NCBI RefSeq assembly: GCF_001194135.2
Contig: NC_068990.1
Span: forward strand, 39,637,319 to 39,692,441
Direction of reading: 5' to 3'
Length of the DNA stretch: 55,123 nucleotides
Origin: Octopus bimaculoides
Taxonomy: Eukaryota
The translations under genes and the position numbers were made by a program. The notes below the pieces were generated by a model. That model had not been told where the DNA came from, searched no databases, and saw nothing but the letters and a program-made list of their open reading frames with translations. Positions 51,935-55,123 of this stretch are shown here, in pieces. The first letter of the stretch is position 1. Every line of letters starts with the position of its first letter.

Positions 51935-52559
51935 CAACAATAATAATAATGATAATAATAACAATAATAATAATAATAATAATAATAGCATCAACTATTA
52001 TAAATGTAATAACAAGAACAATAATAATAATAGCAATAACAATAATAATGGTAATAAAAAGACTAATTTCAAGCTTCACCCGGCAAAGCATACAATTTGC
52101 AAGAGTATCCTAATGAATTGATTGAGTCGTAAAATAAAATCAAGGAAAGAAAAGAAGAAAAAAATTGATATAATTAAACAATATATTTAAGAACAAAATA
52201 AAGGATATTAAATTAAATTATATTAAATTTGATTAAAAATACTAAAAAAGGACCCCAAGTAAAGAAAAAAAGAAATCATAGATTAAATTAAATTTATAAT
52301 GAAAAAATTTAAATGAAGTGAAAAAATAGTGATTAAATTATGAAAGCAACATTTTTAGATAATATTAAAACTTGATTTTGAGATTTTGAAACGATAGTGG
52401 AAAGGTTAGTCTATTAGTGAAAAGTTGGGGTTGATTACTGAATTTGAAGGTGAAGTTTGAGTATGAAATCAGATTGTGATGTTTTAATTATGAAGTATTT
52501 GTGTAAAAATTTTGTGCAAAATTTTGAAAATATTAGGTTAATAATTGTATGAAGTTGGA

Positions 52560-52985
52560 ACATTAAGTATGTGCGTTTGTGATATTTAGTGCTAAATTTT
52601 GTGCGATTTCAGTGTTGAATTCATTTTTCTGAAAGTGAGGGTTGAATTGTATCTGTAAGATTTTAGTATCAAATTTGTATCTACGAAATTTGAGTGTCAA
52701 ATTTATATTTTTTTTTTACATTTGAATGTCAAATTTGCTTCTGAGCAATCTGAGTGTCAAACTTGATTTTATAAAATTCAAGTGTCAAATTTGTTTTTGT
52801 GAAATTTGTGTTTGTATTTTTGAGATTTGAATGTCATATTTATATTTTGGAGATTTAAGTGTTGAATTTGTATATTTTCAAGATTTGAGTGTCAAATTGG
52901 TATTTATGAAATTTAAGTTGTTAAATCTGCTTTTGTGATATTTGAGTAGCAAATGTATCCTTGCGAGATTTAAATGATATTTGAA
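52560..52985. repeat. Degenerate minisatellite, ~30-bp unit
   Basis: Recurring aatttgagtgtcaaatttgtattt-like units, more than 10 copies. Confidence 0.7.
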
Positions 52986-54995
52986 CATGAGGTTTAAATA
53001 TAAAACTTAAATATAAAACCCAGTATGAACCTTTGGTGTAGTAATCAAATGCAAATTGTTATCATGACATTTGGTCATGATGCTACTGTGTGGAATTTGA
53101 AAGTGAAAATTAGTTGTGATATCTAAATATTAAGGTTAATTAAAATACTGAGTGAATCAGTTTAGTTTGCTAATTAAGCCACTGATTTTAATTAAAAGTT
53201 TAAGTATGATGCTTAGTGTAATGTTTGGATATTTCAGTTTATAAATGTGTGAAAAAAAGGAAGGTTGAAGTCTGAGAGTAAATTTTGATTGTGGGAAGAG
53301 CTAGATGAAAAGGTTCAGTGTGATGTTTGAGTCTAACTAAGGATCAATTGGAGTACATATTTTTATTAGTTTGCTCAATGAGAAAGAACAGTGCCCCCTT
53401 TTTAAACAGGTGGAGTTTGGATTAATTGAGTGTTGTTTATATTCAATTTAAATTAGTTGTTAGTTATTAGCTCTAAGAAATACCGTGAAGGAGTGAGGGA
53501 GAGTTCTGTAGAAGAGTGAGGAAAGAAAGATTGAAATAAGTGTATAATTGAGGTTCTGGTCAGGGAGGTTAGACACAATAGGGACAAAGAAAAAGGGAAG
53601 ACAGAAAGGGAAGGCGAGTGAGGAAGAGAAACAAATATATTGAATGATAGGGGGTGGTTAGGTTGAGGTGGCAATATATTGGCAAATGTTGAGTAGCAGA
53701 AGCCAATGTAATTGTAGTAGAAAAGGATCTTTAATTATGTTTATACTTGTATCATCATCATCATCATCATAACCTGCACCACCACCACCCTCACCATCAA
53801 AATCATCATCATCACATCGAGTATAGTCAAACTCAAACACATCCTAATCTTTCTTAATTTTGTTACGAAACTTAATGAACATTTTTTTTTACATTTTTAG
53901 TTTTATTTTTAGTTTGTCAAAAGAGGAGGGAATATGCCCATAGCTTTTTCCTGCATTCTAAGAATGCATGAAAAAGCAAACTGGTGCAGGTGGTGGTGGT
54001 CGCGTTGTGTTGTCATCATGGTGGTGGTAGTGGTGGTGGTGGACGTGGTGGTGGTGGTGCTACTGCTTGGGGTGGGGATTAATTCAGTGATGTTAATGTA
54101 GTTAATGTTGAGTCTGAAATCTTGCAGGTTACTGATAAAGGATAAAACCTTGGCAAGGCAGAAGTCCCTGTGGGACACAGTTCAAGGCACAAATACTTCG
54201 AATGTCATTTTATCTGCCACACCGACCCATCCCACCATCTTGCCATCATCATCATCATCATCATCATCATTATCATTGTCATTATTACCATCATTCTTAT
54301 ATCACTATAAACATTATCAACATTATCATCACCATCATGATAATCATCATAATGATCCTCATTCCAGTCACCTCCATCATCAGCACCAATATTGTTATTA
54401 TTCTTACTATCACCATTATTAGTACCATCACAATTAATATCATCGAAATCATTTTCTTTATCATTCATTTTCATCACCATCATTATCATCATCACCTACA
54501 TCCTCGCCATTGCCGACATCACAGTGACCATCATCACAACCATCTCCTGTTTTATCCTCATCACCATCACCATCTTCATCATCATCATGAGCAGCATCAT
54601 CATCATCAGCAGCAGCAGCATAACTATTACAATTATCATTGAAACACTCTGGAGACTAGTCTGGCACTGCCAGACCACATTTCACTTGGCAGTTTTCACT
54701 ACAAAAGGGTTACAGGACATTTTCAAACATTTTTAAAATACAGCCGAGGCACAATAGGTGTGAGGTTAAGGTGTTGTATTAGAGAATTAACATGAAGAAC
54801 TACTGACTTCTTCCTTGTTAAGGGGTCGACATGAAAAAAAAAATGTACTTTTAGACATTTCATTGAAGTAGAGGTGTAGTGTATCAATTATTAATGCTAA
54901 TATTCTGGAGTTAGGTGTGAGAGAAAATGTTCAATTTATAAACACATATCTACATCTGCTAACTCTTTCGTGACTTTATTTGGCTTTTTAAAAGT

Positions 54996-55027
<32 letters not shown>

Positions 55028-55071
55028 CACACGCACATATATATAAATATATATACACACATACATATATG

Positions 55072-55123
<52 letters not shown>

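Overview
AT-rich, repeat-saturated eukaryotic genomic DNA, most likely from an octopod cephalopod draft assembly. That taxonomic call comes from my recognition of the SINE families and is not verified. There are seven N-gaps, mostly bounded by (TA)n runs. No complete or recognisable host gene, rRNA, genuine tRNA or CRISPR array is supportable. Nearly all long ORFs in the supplied track are artefacts of N-runs or microsatellites. The window contains: (i) many tRNA-headed SINEs of at least four families, several with 11-19 bp target-site duplications; (ii) decayed LINE fragments (RTE, CR1/Jockey-group, I/Jockey-group); (iii) a Penelope-like (PLE) reverse-transcriptase fragment next to a direct-plus-inverted repeat triad that forms a roughly 0.87 kb palindrome; (iv) satellites, minisatellites and large trinucleotide mosaics. 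The most interesting signal is a type I hammerhead-ribozyme-like fold with a G3-C8 covariant core, inside a 172-bp tandem unit at 37.6-37.85 kb (retrozyme/PLE-like). Other leads are inverted SINE pairs and hairpins that could form dsRNA, and a few weak minus-strand exon candidates. All alignments and translations were done by eye.
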